Positions 16,511 through 34,497 of a stretch of 64,000 bases of DNA are shown piece by piece. The stretch is taken from the NCBI RefSeq assembly GCF_009914755.1, contig NC_060943.1. One strand, 5' to 3'. The DNA comes from the human T2T-CHM13v2.0 reference genome, Homo sapiens. Positions within the stretch are counted from its first letter, which is position 1. Every line of letters starts with the position of its first letter. Under the pieces are notes generated by a model. It did no database searches and was not told the DNA's origin. It saw nothing but the letters and a program-made list of their open reading frames with translations. The translations under genes were made by a program, and so were the position numbers.

Positions 16511-17170
16511 AAGACACAACAGAGTTAAGACGGCCATGCTCCCCAAACTGATCTGCAGAATCAACGCAATCCCCACTGGAATCCCAGCAGGCTTCTTTGT
16601 AGAAATTGACAAACTGCTCCTGAAATTCACAGGGCATCGCAACGAGTTCCAAATCGCAAAAACAATCCTTAAAGGGAACAAAAAAGAAGGACTCACAGGT
16701 CCAGGAGTGGTGGCGTGTGCCTGTGGTCCCAGCTACTCAAGAGGCTTCCAAGGCAGACATGGAAGCCGGATGCAGTGGCTCACACCTATAATCCCATGTG
16801 AGGCCAGGAGTTCCAGACCAGCCTGGGTAACATAGTGAGACCTCACTACAAAAAACTTTAAAATTTCAGGTGTGGTGGCATGCACCTATAGCCCCAACTA
16901 TTCAGGAGGCTGAGGTGGGAGGATCACTTGAGTCTGGGACTTCAAGGCTGCAGAGAGCTATGATGGTGCCACTGCACTCCAGCCTGAGTGACTGAATGAG
17001 ACCCTGTCTCTTAAGAGAAAAAAAGTTTTAAATGAAGTTGCATCCCTACCTCACACCATATACAAAAATAAACTCAAATGGATCACAGACCTAAATGTAA
17101 CAGCTAAAGCTATAACATTCTTAGAAGAAACATAAGGGTAGACCTTCATGCCCTTGGATTTGGCAAAGAG
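16511..17170 (+). mobile_element. L1 ORF2 fragments abutting the exon 12 acceptor, split by Alus
   Basis: LPKLICRINAIPTGIPAGFFVEIDKLLLKF...IAKTILK matches L1 ORF2. Confidence 0.85.
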
Positions 17171-18434
17171 GTCATGAAGTACAAATTACATGTGCTAGTC
17201 ATTAGTCTGATGCCATACCAGGGTATGGACAGTTCAGTGTGACACTTAAACCTCACCCATTCAGACTGGTTGGAGAGCCAGCTAGAATGAGGCAGACATA
17301 GATGTTTTAAAAGGAGCACAGATTGTAGCCTCTGAAGAACCCTAAAACAGCCCTCAGCTGTGCAGGTATCTGGTGACGGAGTGAACCAGGATTCAGCCCA
17401 CATGATCTTCATTAACCACTCCCTTTTTTTTTTTTTTTTTTTTTGAGAGACAGAGTCTTGCTCTGTTGCCCAGGCTGGAGTGAAGTGGCCCGATCATAGC
17501 TCACTGCTGCCTCTACCTCCTGGGCTCGCAATCCTCCTGCCTCATCCTCCTGATAGCTGGGACCACAGGTGTACAATACCATGCCTGGCTAATTTTAAAA
17601 AAAATCTGTAGAGCTGGGGTCTTGCTCTATTGCCCAGGCTGGTCTCAAACTCCCAGTCTCAAGCAATCCTCCCACCTTGGTCTCCCAAAGTGTGAGCCAC
17701 AAACGTCTGGCCTATTTCTTTTTATTTTTTGTAGAGACTGGATCTCACTATGTTGCCCAGGCTGGTCTCACACTTTTGGCCTCAAGTGGTCCTCTTGCCT
17801 TGGCCTCAAGTGGTCCTCTTGCCTCGGCCTCCCAAAGCACTGGGACTACAGGCATGAGCCACCATGCCCAGCCTAACCACTCCTTTCTTGAATGCAGATG
17901 GTAGGTATTTTCTGTCATATGTGAAACGCTCTTTACCAAATTTGTAGCCTTAAACCTCTTCTTCATACACATTCTGACCCCGCACGAGGTACTTTAGTTT
18001 CTACTCAAGCTGGGGCCCTCAAAGCCAGGGACACAGGAGATGTGTCTGTGCATGGGATAGAGGTGGCTCCAACACTGGCATGGAGAAGAGAAAGGAGGTT
18101 CCAAAGCAGAACAAGAGGGTCAGAACTCAGTGTTAGGACAGCCAGCCAGCATCACTCATGGACGGCAAAAGGGAACTGGGTGCAGACAGATGCAGGGCCA
18201 GGGATGTGGCCCACTTTCCCCTTGCATGACACTGGGCTCTGTTGGCCTTGCCCCACTCCTGCTGCTGCAATTGGGGTGAAGATGCCCCAGGTTTGTTTTT
18301 GTTTTTTGTTTTTTGTTTTTTTATTTGAGACGAAGTCTCACTCTGTCTCCCAGGCTGGAGTGCAGTGGTGTGATCTTGGCTCACTGCAACCTCCGCCTCC
18401 AGGTTCAAGCAATTATCGTGCCTCAGCCTCCTGA

Positions 18435-18617
<183 letters not shown>

Positions 18618-18779
18618 TAACAGTTAAAATAAGAATAATGACTGGGTGTAGTGGCTCACATCTGCAATCCCAGCACTTTGGGGGTCTGAGGTAGGAGATC
18701 TGCTTGAGCCCAGGAGTTCAAGACCAGTCTGGCCAACACAGCAAGATCCCATCTCTACAAAAAATTAAAAAATTGACTA

Positions 18780-19055
<276 letters not shown>

Positions 19056-19406
19056 TCAAAATAAATAAATAAATAAAAATTTAAAAATAAAAAAATTTGC
19101 TGGGCGTGGTGGCTCATGCCTGCAGTCCCAGCTACCCAGGATGCTGAGGCAGGCGGATTGCTTGAATCCAGGATGTCGAGGCTGTGGTGAGCTATGATCT
19201 CACCACTGCACTCCAGCCTGGGCGACAGAACAAAACCCTGTCTCTAAGAAGAAAACATATATAAGGATCATGACATCTGGACACCTCAAAATTTACCGTG
19301 CATAAGACTTGAGTGGTGGGTGGGAGGCAGAGGCTCGTTCAAAATGTCACATGGGTCTGCACCTGTCAGTCTCAGGAACAGAAGGTCTACCTTTGCAGGG
19401 CTCTCA

Positions 19407-19784
<378 letters not shown>

Positions 19785-20016
19785 TTAATAAATGGCTACT
19801 CAGATGTCTGTCCAAGTGGAATAGAGTAGATTGTCCTTTCCCGTGGAGGAAAATGTCCCCTGCCCCTCACCTGGAACACCAGCCCTCTCCACTCTCCGCA
19901 AAGGTTATGTCAGGGGATCCGTTTTCAGCTGAGTCACCACTGCAGAGCTAGTGGCTAGTGGTGGTGGTTTCACGGTGGTCCTTGGGCGGGAGGCAGCACA
20001 GTCACCCCCAAGTTAC

Positions 20017-20244
20017 CTTCCCCACGTAGGCCAGGCCCGGCTTGAACTGCTTCCTCGTGTCCTTGGAGTACCGGATGTCCACCAGCTGCCTCTGCACGGG
20101 GGTGGAGTCATCGAACGCGACCTGCTGGCTCCCGTCCACACTGGTCACCATGGCCCAGATGCTGACCCTGCCCCGGAAGTGCTCAGGGACGTCCGCTGGG
20201 ATCATGTCCCTCACGCAGATGTCGAAGTCCCGGGAGCCGAGGAT
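20017..20244 (-). CDS. CPAMD8: CPAMD8 exon 11
   Basis: [19 protein letters not shown]...[12 protein letters not shown]; cctccag / GTAACT; 228 nt. Confidence 0.96.
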
Positions 20245-20561
20245 CTGGAGGGAGGAAAAACACAGCCCGTGCTCACTCAGGGTTGGAGTGTCTTTGAGGG
20301 ATGTCCCTGAAACACACACCTGAGGTGCAAGACTCTTCAGCTGCTTGGAGGGCCAGGGGTCACTTGGTGGCATACCCAATCTATGCCACGGGACCATGCA
20401 GAGGGTCCCTCACTGGATCTGGACAACATCCCAGGGAAGATGGATGTTGGCTCCATTGGGCAGAAGAGGAAAGAGGCTGGGTGCGGTGGCTCACGCCTGT
20501 AATCCCAGCACTTTGGGAGGCTGTGGCGGGCGGGTCACTTGAGGTCAGGAGTTCGATATCA

Positions 20562-20735
<174 letters not shown>

Positions 20736-21164
20736 TTAAGAAAAAAAAAAAGAGGAAAGAGATTCCCATGCTGACACAATCTCCCACAGCCCAGGCAACA
20801 GAGGGGGCAGCTGAACCTGCTCAGCCTCACTCTGGGGCACCAGAACTCCCTCATTCAATTCCTATCTCAGGATCCCACCCTGGGACTTGGCAAATAATCC
20901 TCATTCAGAAAGAGCTGTGGAGTAAATTACTCCGTAAATGAGAGAACTAAGTCAAAGACCATCAGCTGGTAGCCTCCCAGGAGAATGGCTGGGATTCTCC
21001 AAGGTGCCAGTGTCAGGAATGGGAAAGGTAGGGGTTTATGGTTTCCAATCCATGGAAGAGAAGCCTCAGAGAGCAGAGAGATGGGCTGGGTGTGATGGTG
21101 CACACCTGTAATCCCAGCACTTTGGAAGGCCAGCAGCGGCAGATCACTTGAGGTCAGGAGTTCA

Positions 21165-21389
<225 letters not shown>

Positions 21390-21639
21390 TTAAATTAAAG
21401 ATATCTCAGACATAAGAGAGGGGAGCCCATTGGAGCAGATGTGTCTCAGGTGGGAAAGGGACTGAGAAGGAGCTTTGGGTGGGAGGTGGGGAGGAGCCGG
21501 TGCTGAAAGGCTTAATGTCCGGGCACCTACAGAGGGATGGGAATCTCCAGGAAGGTGGGTGTCTGTTGTACTGTAGCCCACTCACAATGTAACATTATGC
21601 TGAAAGACCAAAAAAGGTTACAAAACTTTAAACAGGTGG

Positions 21640-22580
<941 letters not shown>

Positions 22581-23320
22581 TGTTTATGTTTTTATTTTAT
22601 TTTAGAGATGGGATCTCACTATGTTGCCCAGGCTGGCCTTGAACTCCTGAGCTCGAGAGATCTTCCTGCCTCTACCTTCCAAATATTAAGAGCTGGGACT
22701 CCAGGCAATAAAATTAGTGTTTATTAGTGTTTTTTTGTTTTTTGTTTGTTTTTTGAGATGGAGTCTCACTTTGTCGCCCAGGCCATGGTGGTCAGGCTGG
22801 TCTCGAATTCATGGCCTCAAGTGATCCGCCTGCCTTGGCCTCCCAAAGTGCTGGGATTACGGGTGTGAGCCACCATGCCCAGCCAAATTGGTGTTTTTTT
22901 AACTTTACTTACAATAACCTGTGAGGAAACACATCAAAATATCGATAGTGGTCATGTCCACCTATTGGAGAACAAGTTATCTTTATTTTCTTCCTTTTTA
23001 TATTTTCTAAAGTCTCTATATTCAGCCTGCAGGAATTTTATCATCAGAAAAATCCCTGCCATATAACTGTTTTAGAAAGTAAAACAGCGGTGGCTCACAC
23101 TTGTCATCCCAGCACTTTTGGGGGCAAAGGCGAGAGGATCGCTTGAGCCCAGGAGTTCAAGACAAGCCTGGGCAACATAGTGAGATCCTGTCTCTATTCA
23201 AAAACTTTTTAAAGGCAGTAAATAAAATAATAACAATAAGAGAAAGTAAAATAAAATGTGTGCTGGTGGAGGTGAACCTGGGGGTTGGGTCAGGGGGTAG
23301 AAGGGGTCCCTGTTTCTCAC

Positions 23321-23429
23321 CTTGGTTGTTCTGAGGACAGGGCGTCCCACCTCGTGGCTGTAGTACCCTACACCATTAACAGTCATGTTGATCGTTAAGG
23401 CACCAGCCACAGGTTTCCCAAAGGTATAC
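23321..23429 (-). CDS. CPAMD8: CPAMD8 exon 10
   Basis: [36 protein letters not shown]; ttttgttccag / GTGAGA; 109 nt. Confidence 0.96.
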
Positions 23430-23888
23430 CTGGAACAAAAGGATAAAGCATGCTCAATTTCACAGCCAAGATGGCAGGGAGGGCCCAGCCTCAGGAAGGC
23501 CAGGTTGGCATAGTGTGGCCACTAGTACAGTGATGGATGCAGCTCCCTCCACACCCTGCATCCTGTCCTGACAGCCCTCCCTGCAGCCTGGAATCGGGAC
23601 AGAAGATGCCAAGGCCCTCCGATCCTCTGCACCAAGCCTCCAGATGGACAGAAAAAGAGACCAAGGGTCAGAGAGGAACTCTGGAACTGAGAAGGCTAGG
23701 TTGGTGCCACCTCTGGAGCAGAGTAGTGCAGAGGCATGAGCGACTGAGAGGCACCTGAGCCTAAGCGCCCTATTAAGCTCGACTTTGAACCAAGGACCGA
23801 ACTTCTCTGAGCCTGTTTCCTCACCCAGAGAATGGGACTCAAACTACCCTCTCAGGGGTGATAGTGAAACTTAAATGTCTGTATGTCA

Positions 23889-24185
<297 letters not shown>

Positions 24186-24289
24186 TCACTACACTCCAGC
24201 CTGGGCGACAGAGTAAGACTCCGTCTGAAAAAAAAAAAAAAAAAAAAAAACAAGGATCAACCCCTCTCGGGTCAGCACACTGGCGGGGG

Positions 24290-25135
24290 TGCTGTTGGAT
24301 GCCAGGGAGGCCTGCAGAGGGCGGGGAGCAGCCTTGGGGGAGAGGGGAACATGGTGGGGTTGGGAGGGTCACACCCTTGGGGGGTAGGGCATTCTTTGGG
24401 GAGGGGAGACCCTTGGGGAGGGAAGAACTTAGAGTGGAAGGGCAGGACTTGAGGAAGGAATACACAGCGGGAGAGGGGCATGCTTTGGAGAGACAGGGGC
24501 GTGCTCATAGGGGTGAGGACACCAGCATGGAAACAAAGACAGGCAGTGGGTAGAGTGCAAGAGACTCATGTGGCAGGGAGACACCGAGTACTAGGGAGGG
24601 AGCGGGGCACAGGGCACCCTTGTGGGAGCAGGGAGGCCATGGAAGAAGTGTCTGCCTGTAGGAGGAGGGGGAAGCCCGGTTGTTGGGGGAGATGGAAGGG
24701 GAGGGCAGAGGAGGGGCCCAGGGGGAGGAAGATGCTCTAGGGAAAGGGGTACACTCCAGGGAGGGGGTGCCCCCAGGGGAGGGGCACGGGAAAGGATGAT
24801 GCTCTAGCGGGTGGCCACATCCTGGGGAGGGGAACCCACAGGGGAGGAGCCCAGCAGGGAGGGAGATACTTTAGAGGGAGGAGGACACCCCAGGGAGGAG
24901 GCGCCCACAGGGGAGGAGCCTGGTGGGGAGGGAGATACTCTAGGGGGAGGGGCACCTCCTGAGGAGGGGGCGCCTACTGGAGAGAGTCACAGGAAGGGAG
25001 ATGCACTAGGGGAGGGGCACACCCCAGGGAGGAGGGAACCAGGAAGGGAGGGGCACACCCATGTGGGAGGGAGGGAGGCAGCAGAGGAGGGGAACGACCT
25101 TGAGGGAGCAGCGTGATGGTTGGGGAAGGGGAAGG
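24290..25135 (+). repeat. G/A-rich low-complexity region with a ~69-bp internal tandem unit
   Basis: cccacaggggaggagcc...gggagatact at 24835 and 24904; many G-runs. Confidence 0.75.
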
Positions 25136-25172
25136 GCCCCCCCAGTGTGCCCCAGGGGTCCCTCTTTCTCAC

Positions 25173-25257
25173 CTGGCCCGCACAGTGCCTGTCTCACAGG
25201 CGTCCAGGTCTTGGATATACCGGGGCGGGTCAATCAGAAGCTCAAACTTGGGCAACA
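25173..25257 (-). CDS. CPAMD8: CPAMD8 exon 9
   Basis: (V)[27 protein letters not shown](R); YVLPKF motif spans the junction; ttcttcag / GTGAGA; 85 nt. Confidence 0.95.
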
Positions 25258-25793
25258 CTGAAGAAAGCAAGCAGAGAGGAGGGGCTGGCTTCTGTCCCTA
25301 AGGTGGCCTCAGGAGCCCTGACACCGGTGCAAGGTGTCTGAGGACCACAGCACCTGGCCACCACCGAGGTTGACACTGTACCCATCCACACCACTCTGCT
25401 GAGCAGCCCTGGGGATTTTGTGGGCTGCATCTATTTCTCATCTTTGGGGGACTAGGACCCCATTTTCCTCAAGGGGCCTCCCCTGTCACTTTTAGACCAC
25501 GTGCTTAGAGTGTGGCGGATTCCAGCCTATCCCAGGGTGGACACGAGGCCAGGAGGCTCCTCCTAGCCCCTGTGTCTGTGCATGGGATAGAGGTGGCCCT
25601 GGGAGCCAACAAGGGGCATCCCCAGGGTGACTGCAACAGAGAGCTGATTTCTCCATTTGCTTCTGGACTCAGCCCTGGGAGTATCAAGCCATCTTGTCAC
25701 CAGGGGCGGAGGTGACACCCTGGAGCAGCCGGTAAACCAGAAAGAATCGGGTCCTGAGAGAACTCTTGTAGGAGCCTAAGAATCTTTTCGTTC

Positions 25794-25828
<35 letters not shown>

Positions 25829-27179
25829 GAGACAGATTGTCACTGTGTTTCCCAGGTTGGTGTGCAGTGGCACGATCTTGGCTCACTGCAACCTCCTCCT
25901 CCTGGTTCAAGCAATTCTCCTGCCTCAGCCTCCCAAGTAGCTGGGACTGCAGGCACATGCCACCACGCCTGGCTAATTTTTGTATTTTTAGTAGAGATGG
26001 GGTTTCACCATGTTGGCCAGCCTGGTCTTGAACTCCTGACCTCTAGTGATCTACCCACCTCAGCCTCCCAAAGTGCTGGGATTACAGACGTTAGCTGCCA
26101 TGCCTGGCCACCTTTTTTTTTTTCTGAGACAGGGTCTCACTTTGTCACCCAAACTGGAGAATAGTGGTGCAATCACAGTTCACTGCAGCCTTGATCTCCT
26201 GGGCTCAAGCAATCCTCCCGCCTCAGCTTCCCGAGTAGCGGGGACTACAGGCACGTGCCACCATGTCCAGATAATTGTTTTAAAGTTTTATACAGACAGG
26301 GACTATGTTGTCCAGGCTGGTCTCAAACTCCTGGCCTCAAGCGATCCTCCAGCCTCAGCTTCCCAAAGTGTTGGGATTACAGGTGTGAGCCACCACCATG
26401 CCTGGCCTACAATACTTTTTTCTATAAAAGGCAAGAGTCCACTTTGGGAGGCTGAGGCGGAAGGATTGCTTGAGACCAGGAGTTCTAGACCAGCCTGGGC
26501 AACATGACGAAACCCTGTCTCTACTAATACAAAAATTAACCAGGTGTGGTGGCTCACACTTGTAGTCCCAGCAACTCAGGAGGCTGAGGAGGGAGGATCA
26601 CTTGAACTTGGGAAGTCAAGGCTTCAGTGAGCCAAGATCGCACCACTGCACTCCAGCCTGGGTGATGGGTGTGAAACCCTGCCTCAAAAAAAAAAAAAAA
26701 GCAAGAGTGTAGGACCATCCCCTGAAACTATACCCAGCCATCATGAGCCCTCAGTAAACGGGGACTCATGTCATCCTCTACCTCTTCACTGCCATCTTCA
26801 CCAGTTTCCTTTTCTTTTTCTTTTTTTTTTTGAGACAGAGTCTCGCCCTGTCGCCCAGGCTGGAGCGCAGTAGTGCGATCTTGGCTCACTGCAACCTCTG
26901 CCTCCCGGTTCAAGTGATACTCCTGCCTCAGCCTCCCAAGTAGCTGGGACCACAGGTGCGCGCCACCACGCCCGGCTAATTTTTGTATTTTTAGTAGACA
27001 CGAGGTTTCGCCATGTTGGCCAGGCTGGTCTCAAACTCCTGACCTCAAGTGATCCGCCCACCTGGGCCTCCGAAAGTGCTGGGATTACAGGCGAGAGCCC
27101 TTGCACCCGGCCTTCTTCACCAGTTTCTAAGGTTTCTCCCAGATCTGAAATCCCAAGACCCTGAGATTCTCCAACTTAC

Positions 27180-27293
27180 CATACTTCTGAACTTCAAAAG
27201 ACTTGTTGTACGCGTGGCCTTGCATTTCAACAAAAATGAACCATTCTCCCAACACAGGCTGGTCGGACAAGGGGAAGCTCATGTTGGTGATGC
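27180..27293 (-). CDS. CPAMD8: CPAMD8 exon 8
   Basis: [37 protein letters not shown]; cacacag / GTAAGT; 114 nt. Confidence 0.96.
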
Positions 27294-27640
27294 CTGTGTG
27301 AAGAGAGAGGGCAAGGGCTTTTTCAGAGAGCCACAGACACGGTGAGGTACGGGAAGAGGGAGCCAGGACCCTGCTCCTTCTCCTTCCCTGAGCAGCCCCC
27401 CAGGAGAACTGGAGACCACAGAGAAGCTGGCGGGGTCTGTGCAGAGCAGCACCCTGTAGGATCAGGCCAGCGGAGCAGGTTTGACACCCCGGCGGGCTTC
27501 GAAGGGATGCAGGAAGGGACTGGACCCGCGGTTCCCGGGACAGCCTTGCAGCCAGGGCCAGGGGCAGGCAGTGAGCTGGACAAACGAGGGAAATGAGCCA
27601 GCCCGGCTCATTCACTCCATCCCCCGCCACCCGAGTCATT

Positions 27641-28285
27641 TCCAGCCTGGGCACTACTGACACCTGGGGCCACGTGGCTCTCTGGGGTGGAGGTGTCCTG
27701 TGAGCTGTAGGATGCTGAGCAGCACCCCTGGCCTCCACCCAACAGATGCCAGTAGTACCAATGCCCCCCACAATATAACGACCTAAAAAAGTCCCCCAGA
27801 TACTGCCAATATCGCCCCTAGGGGGCAAAATCACCCCTGGGTGGAAATCCCAGAGAGAGAGAGAGACAGACAGAGAGAGAGAGAGAGAGAAACAGACAAG
27901 ACAGACAGGGTCTCCTGCCAGGATAGGGTTTCTCAGCCTCAGCACTACTGACATTTAGGGCCAGATCATTCATTGTGGTGTGGGGGCATCCTGTGCACTG
28001 AGGGGTGCTGACCATCATCCCTGGCCTCCACTCACCAAAGGTCAGTAGTACCAATGCCCTCTACAATATAACAACCTAAAAAAGTCCCCCAGACATTGCC
28101 AATATCGCCCCTAGGGGGCAAAGTCACCCCTTGGTGGAAATCCCAGAGCACTGAGGGGTGCTGAGCATCTTCCCTGGCCTCCACTCACCAGATGCCAGTT
28201 GCACCCCTTGTCCTCCACAAAAGTCCTGACAAGCCAAAATGTCCCCAGACATTGCCATGTCCCCTGGGGGCAGAATCGCCTGTCC
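27641..28285 (-). mobile_element. MER20 cluster (three copies or fragments)
   Basis: cctggcctccac...gatgccagtag...ccagacattgcc repeated three times. Confidence 0.85.
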
Positions 28286-29275
28286 GACCCCCCACCCCTC
28301 CATGAGAACCACCCCCCAACTGAACTAGAGCACGCACACACCTTAGAACAGAGCACTCTCTCCCCAAACATCCCCCCAGAAACACCATCAGCCGCTGACA
28401 TGGGAGCTGTCATTTGCTTTGCGCCTGTGCCTCTGAGCCCCGTCCGCAGCTGTTTTCACTGGGAGCCATGGAGGAGTTGGAAAGGGCACATTGACTCTAG
28501 GCAGTGCCAGGGGATCTTCCACTCCTGAGTGTGACACGCTCCACTCGTCCCCAATGATCATATGGGGAGGGCCATACAGGGAAGGGACAGGGAGAGTGGT
28601 TCCCCTGGGTCTCACGACAGAACCGAAAACCCATAGCGGCGCCCACGGCTTCTCTCAATCACATTGGAGTCAGAAGATGTGATGGCTAAAATGGCTTTTT
28701 CCCCCTCATATTCAGGCAAAGTGGGCCTTTGATGGTTACAGGACATTCGGGGATGTGTGTCCTGAGCACGTGTTTTGTAAGGGGTCTGTGGCCAACTTTG
28801 CCAAGTGCTCCCTGAGAGAGGGGCACAGTCACCCTGGTTGAGAATCATGGGTCTACACACATCCCAAAGGGTTTTTTTTTTATTTTTTTGAGACAGAGTC
28901 TTGCTCTTTTGCCCAGGCTGGAGTGCAGTGGCATGATCTCAGCTCATGCAACCTTCACTCCCGGGTTCAAGAGATTCTTGTGCCTCAGCTTCCTGAGTAG
29001 CTGGGACTTTAGGCGCCCGCCACCATGTCCAGCTAATTTTGTATTTTTAGTAGAGACAGGGTTTCCCCATGTTGGCCAGGCTGGTCTTGAACTCCTGACC
29101 TCAGGTGATCTGCCCGCCTCAGCCTCCCAAAGTGCTGGCATTACAGGTGTGAGCCACCAAGCCAGGCCTCAAAGGGTTTTTTTAAACAGGAGGTTGACCT
29201 CTTCCCCAACTCTGTGCTCTTAAGATCAAGTCAGCCTAGGCAACATCTTGAGACCCTGTCTCTACCAAAAATTTA

Positions 29276-29467
<192 letters not shown>

Positions 29468-29765
29468 TCAAATCCATTCTCTTCCCTGGCTCTTGCCAGT
29501 GTCACCCCTGCTCTCAGCACTCAACATCTCTCTCCTGTCCCCCATCTCCAACCTCACTACCCTAGACATCCACAGCCCTTCCCATAAGTTGACTCCCTGC
29601 CTGGGAGATGCTTCCTGGCCCCCTTGCTTTGCCTGGCTGTCCCCCGTTCCTTCTTTGTTGCTGAAAAGGATCCTCCTTCAGGCAGCCTTCCAGGATTGCC
29701 TCTGCCACCCCGGGCTGGGATAGAGCCCCATTTGCCATCTCTGAGTTTTGAACTTCTCCTTCCTA

Positions 29766-30239
<474 letters not shown>

Positions 30240-30241
30240 TT

Positions 30242-30456
30242 AAAAAAAAAGAAGAAGAAGAAAAGAAAAAGGAGAAGGAGGAAGAAGAAGAAAGAAGAAG
30301 GAGGAAGGAGGAAGAAGAAGCAGGAGGAGAGGGGGAGGAGGAGGAGGAAAGAAGAAGGAAGATCGAAGAAGAAGGAGGAGGAGGAGGGAGAATAAGACGA
30401 AGAGAAGGAGAAGAAGAAAGAACAAGAAAGAAGGAAGATGAAGAAGAAGAAAAGAG
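30242..30456 (+). repeat. (GAA/GGA)n purine tract extending an Alu tail
   Basis: Almost pure A/G triplet-like repeat directly after the Alu at 29958-30240. Confidence 0.9.
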
Positions 30457-30811
30457 GCTGAGACCCAAGGCAGGAGACAGAAGGAGGAAGGGTCACCAAC
30501 AGACCCCCGTGATCCTGCCTGTGGCTCTACTGTTACCCCATTTCTGGACAGCCTGGGTGTGTGCATGGCCATCCCCAGACTCCCCACACCCTACCTATCC
30601 CCTGCCCTCTCCTGGGGCATCACACCCCTCACAGGCAAAGCAAAGTGGGGTATGTCAATTACACAGTCTTCCTAGTCATAGGAAAAGAAAAGAAAAAAGC
30701 AAAGTCCTTTCTGACTTCTAGCTGGAAAAGAAATATCTCATGCAATGGGGATGATAAAATCTGCAACCTATAGCAGGAAGAAGCTGGGAGCAGGCCGGGC
30801 GTGGTGGCTCA

Positions 30812-31466
<655 letters not shown>

Positions 31467-31681
31467 CTGTTGGTGGTGGAGGGGGACAGACACACGGAGT
31501 GAACTCAGGCTAGCCTAGCATGTGCCCAATGTAAGGATTTTCCCAGTCCTCTCTCTTGGGCATGTCAACCATGCAGCGAAGGTCCCAAGATTAATCATTA
31601 ACCCCGGGGCAAAAAAAAAGCTCTGGATAGAGAAGGATTTGAAAAGCAGAAGGGGACGGGCTGGGCCTACCTCCTCATTTA

Positions 31682-32001
<320 letters not shown>

Positions 32002-32208
32002 TCAAAAAAAAAAGGAAACGGACAGACACACACACAGCCCATCCCAGGGCGGACCCAGGGACCAGGATAGAAGAGGCCAGGTCCCAGCCTTGTAAGGCAC
32101 AGCGGCTCAACCCAGAAGGCAGACAGTGAGCGAAGACAGACCAGATCTTGCAGAAGGTGGGCTACCCGGGCCCCAAGTCCAAGCCGAGGAAGGACAGAGG
32201 CCACTCAC

Positions 32209-32226
32209 CAGGATGTAGGCTTCCAG
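32209..32226 (-). CDS. CPAMD8: CPAMD8 exon 6 (18-nt microexon)
   Basis: tcttcattacag / CTG GAA GCC TAC ATC CTG (LEAYIL) / GTGAGT; phase 0-0. Confidence 0.9.
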
Positions 32227-32492
32227 CTGTAATGAAGACACAGATGCAGTGAGCAAATCTTCCAGCAAACCCCAAACCCTTTCAACATGCTCATGCATGG
32301 CCTCGGTCCCCGGGACAGGCAGTCGCTGTTATGGGTTAAACAGTGTCCCCCTAGATTACATCCGTTGAATCCTAACCCCAAGTAGGGTCTTTAGAAAGAC
32401 TCATTACAGGTGGCTCATGCCTGTAATCCCAGCACTTTGGGAGGCCAAGGCGGGTGGATCACGAGGTCAGGAGATTGAGACCACCCTGGCTA

Positions 32493-33640
<1,148 letters not shown>

Positions 33641-33709
33641 AAATATAGCCAGGTGCAGTGGCTCACACCTGTAATCCTAGCACTTTAGGAGGCTGAGGCG
33701 GGTGTATCA

Positions 33710-34012
<303 letters not shown>

Positions 34013-34369
34013 TCACTTAGAACCCAGGAAGCAGAGGTTGTAGTGAGCCGAGATAGTGCCACTGCACTCCAGCATTGGCAATAGAGCGAGAGACTCGGTC
34101 TTGGGGAAAAAAAAAAAATTAAGCAACAGTCCAGGGCTACCTAAAGCCCTCAAAGGCATTCCTTGTTGAGGGGCAGTGGGCCAGGCACGCCCACCAGCCT
34201 TCCTCTGTCACAAAGAACTCCCTGGGGTTCTCCGGGGGACATGAAACAACCATGAAAGAAAATAGAAAAGAGAAGTTCTGGAGAGAAAGACCCGTTTCCG
34301 ATGGTGGCCCTGGCCAGGTAGTCCCAAGTGGGTGCACTCCGGGCCCGCGGTTTTAGAAGCTGATCTCAC

Positions 34370-34422
34370 CTTCTCGTTGACAGGCCTCAGATTTGGAGAG
34401 ACGGTGAAGATGCTTATGAGCA
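34370..34422 (-). CDS. CPAMD8: CPAMD8 exon 5
   Basis: (V)[17 protein letters not shown]; cttctag / GTGAGA; 53 nt. Confidence 0.94.
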
Positions 34423-34497
34423 CTAGAAGAAAGAAGAGAGGCGTGTGACACCTCCAGACCATGGCCGGCCCTCCCTGCATCCATGCTGGCCACTCAC

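Noticed and set aside
16536-16835. 99-aa ORF resembling L1 ORF2
   Set aside because: Short decayed L1 fragment running into an Alu; not a functional gene
17776-17824. 24-bp tandem duplication inside an Alu
   Set aside because: Ordinary slippage within a repeat; no functional indication
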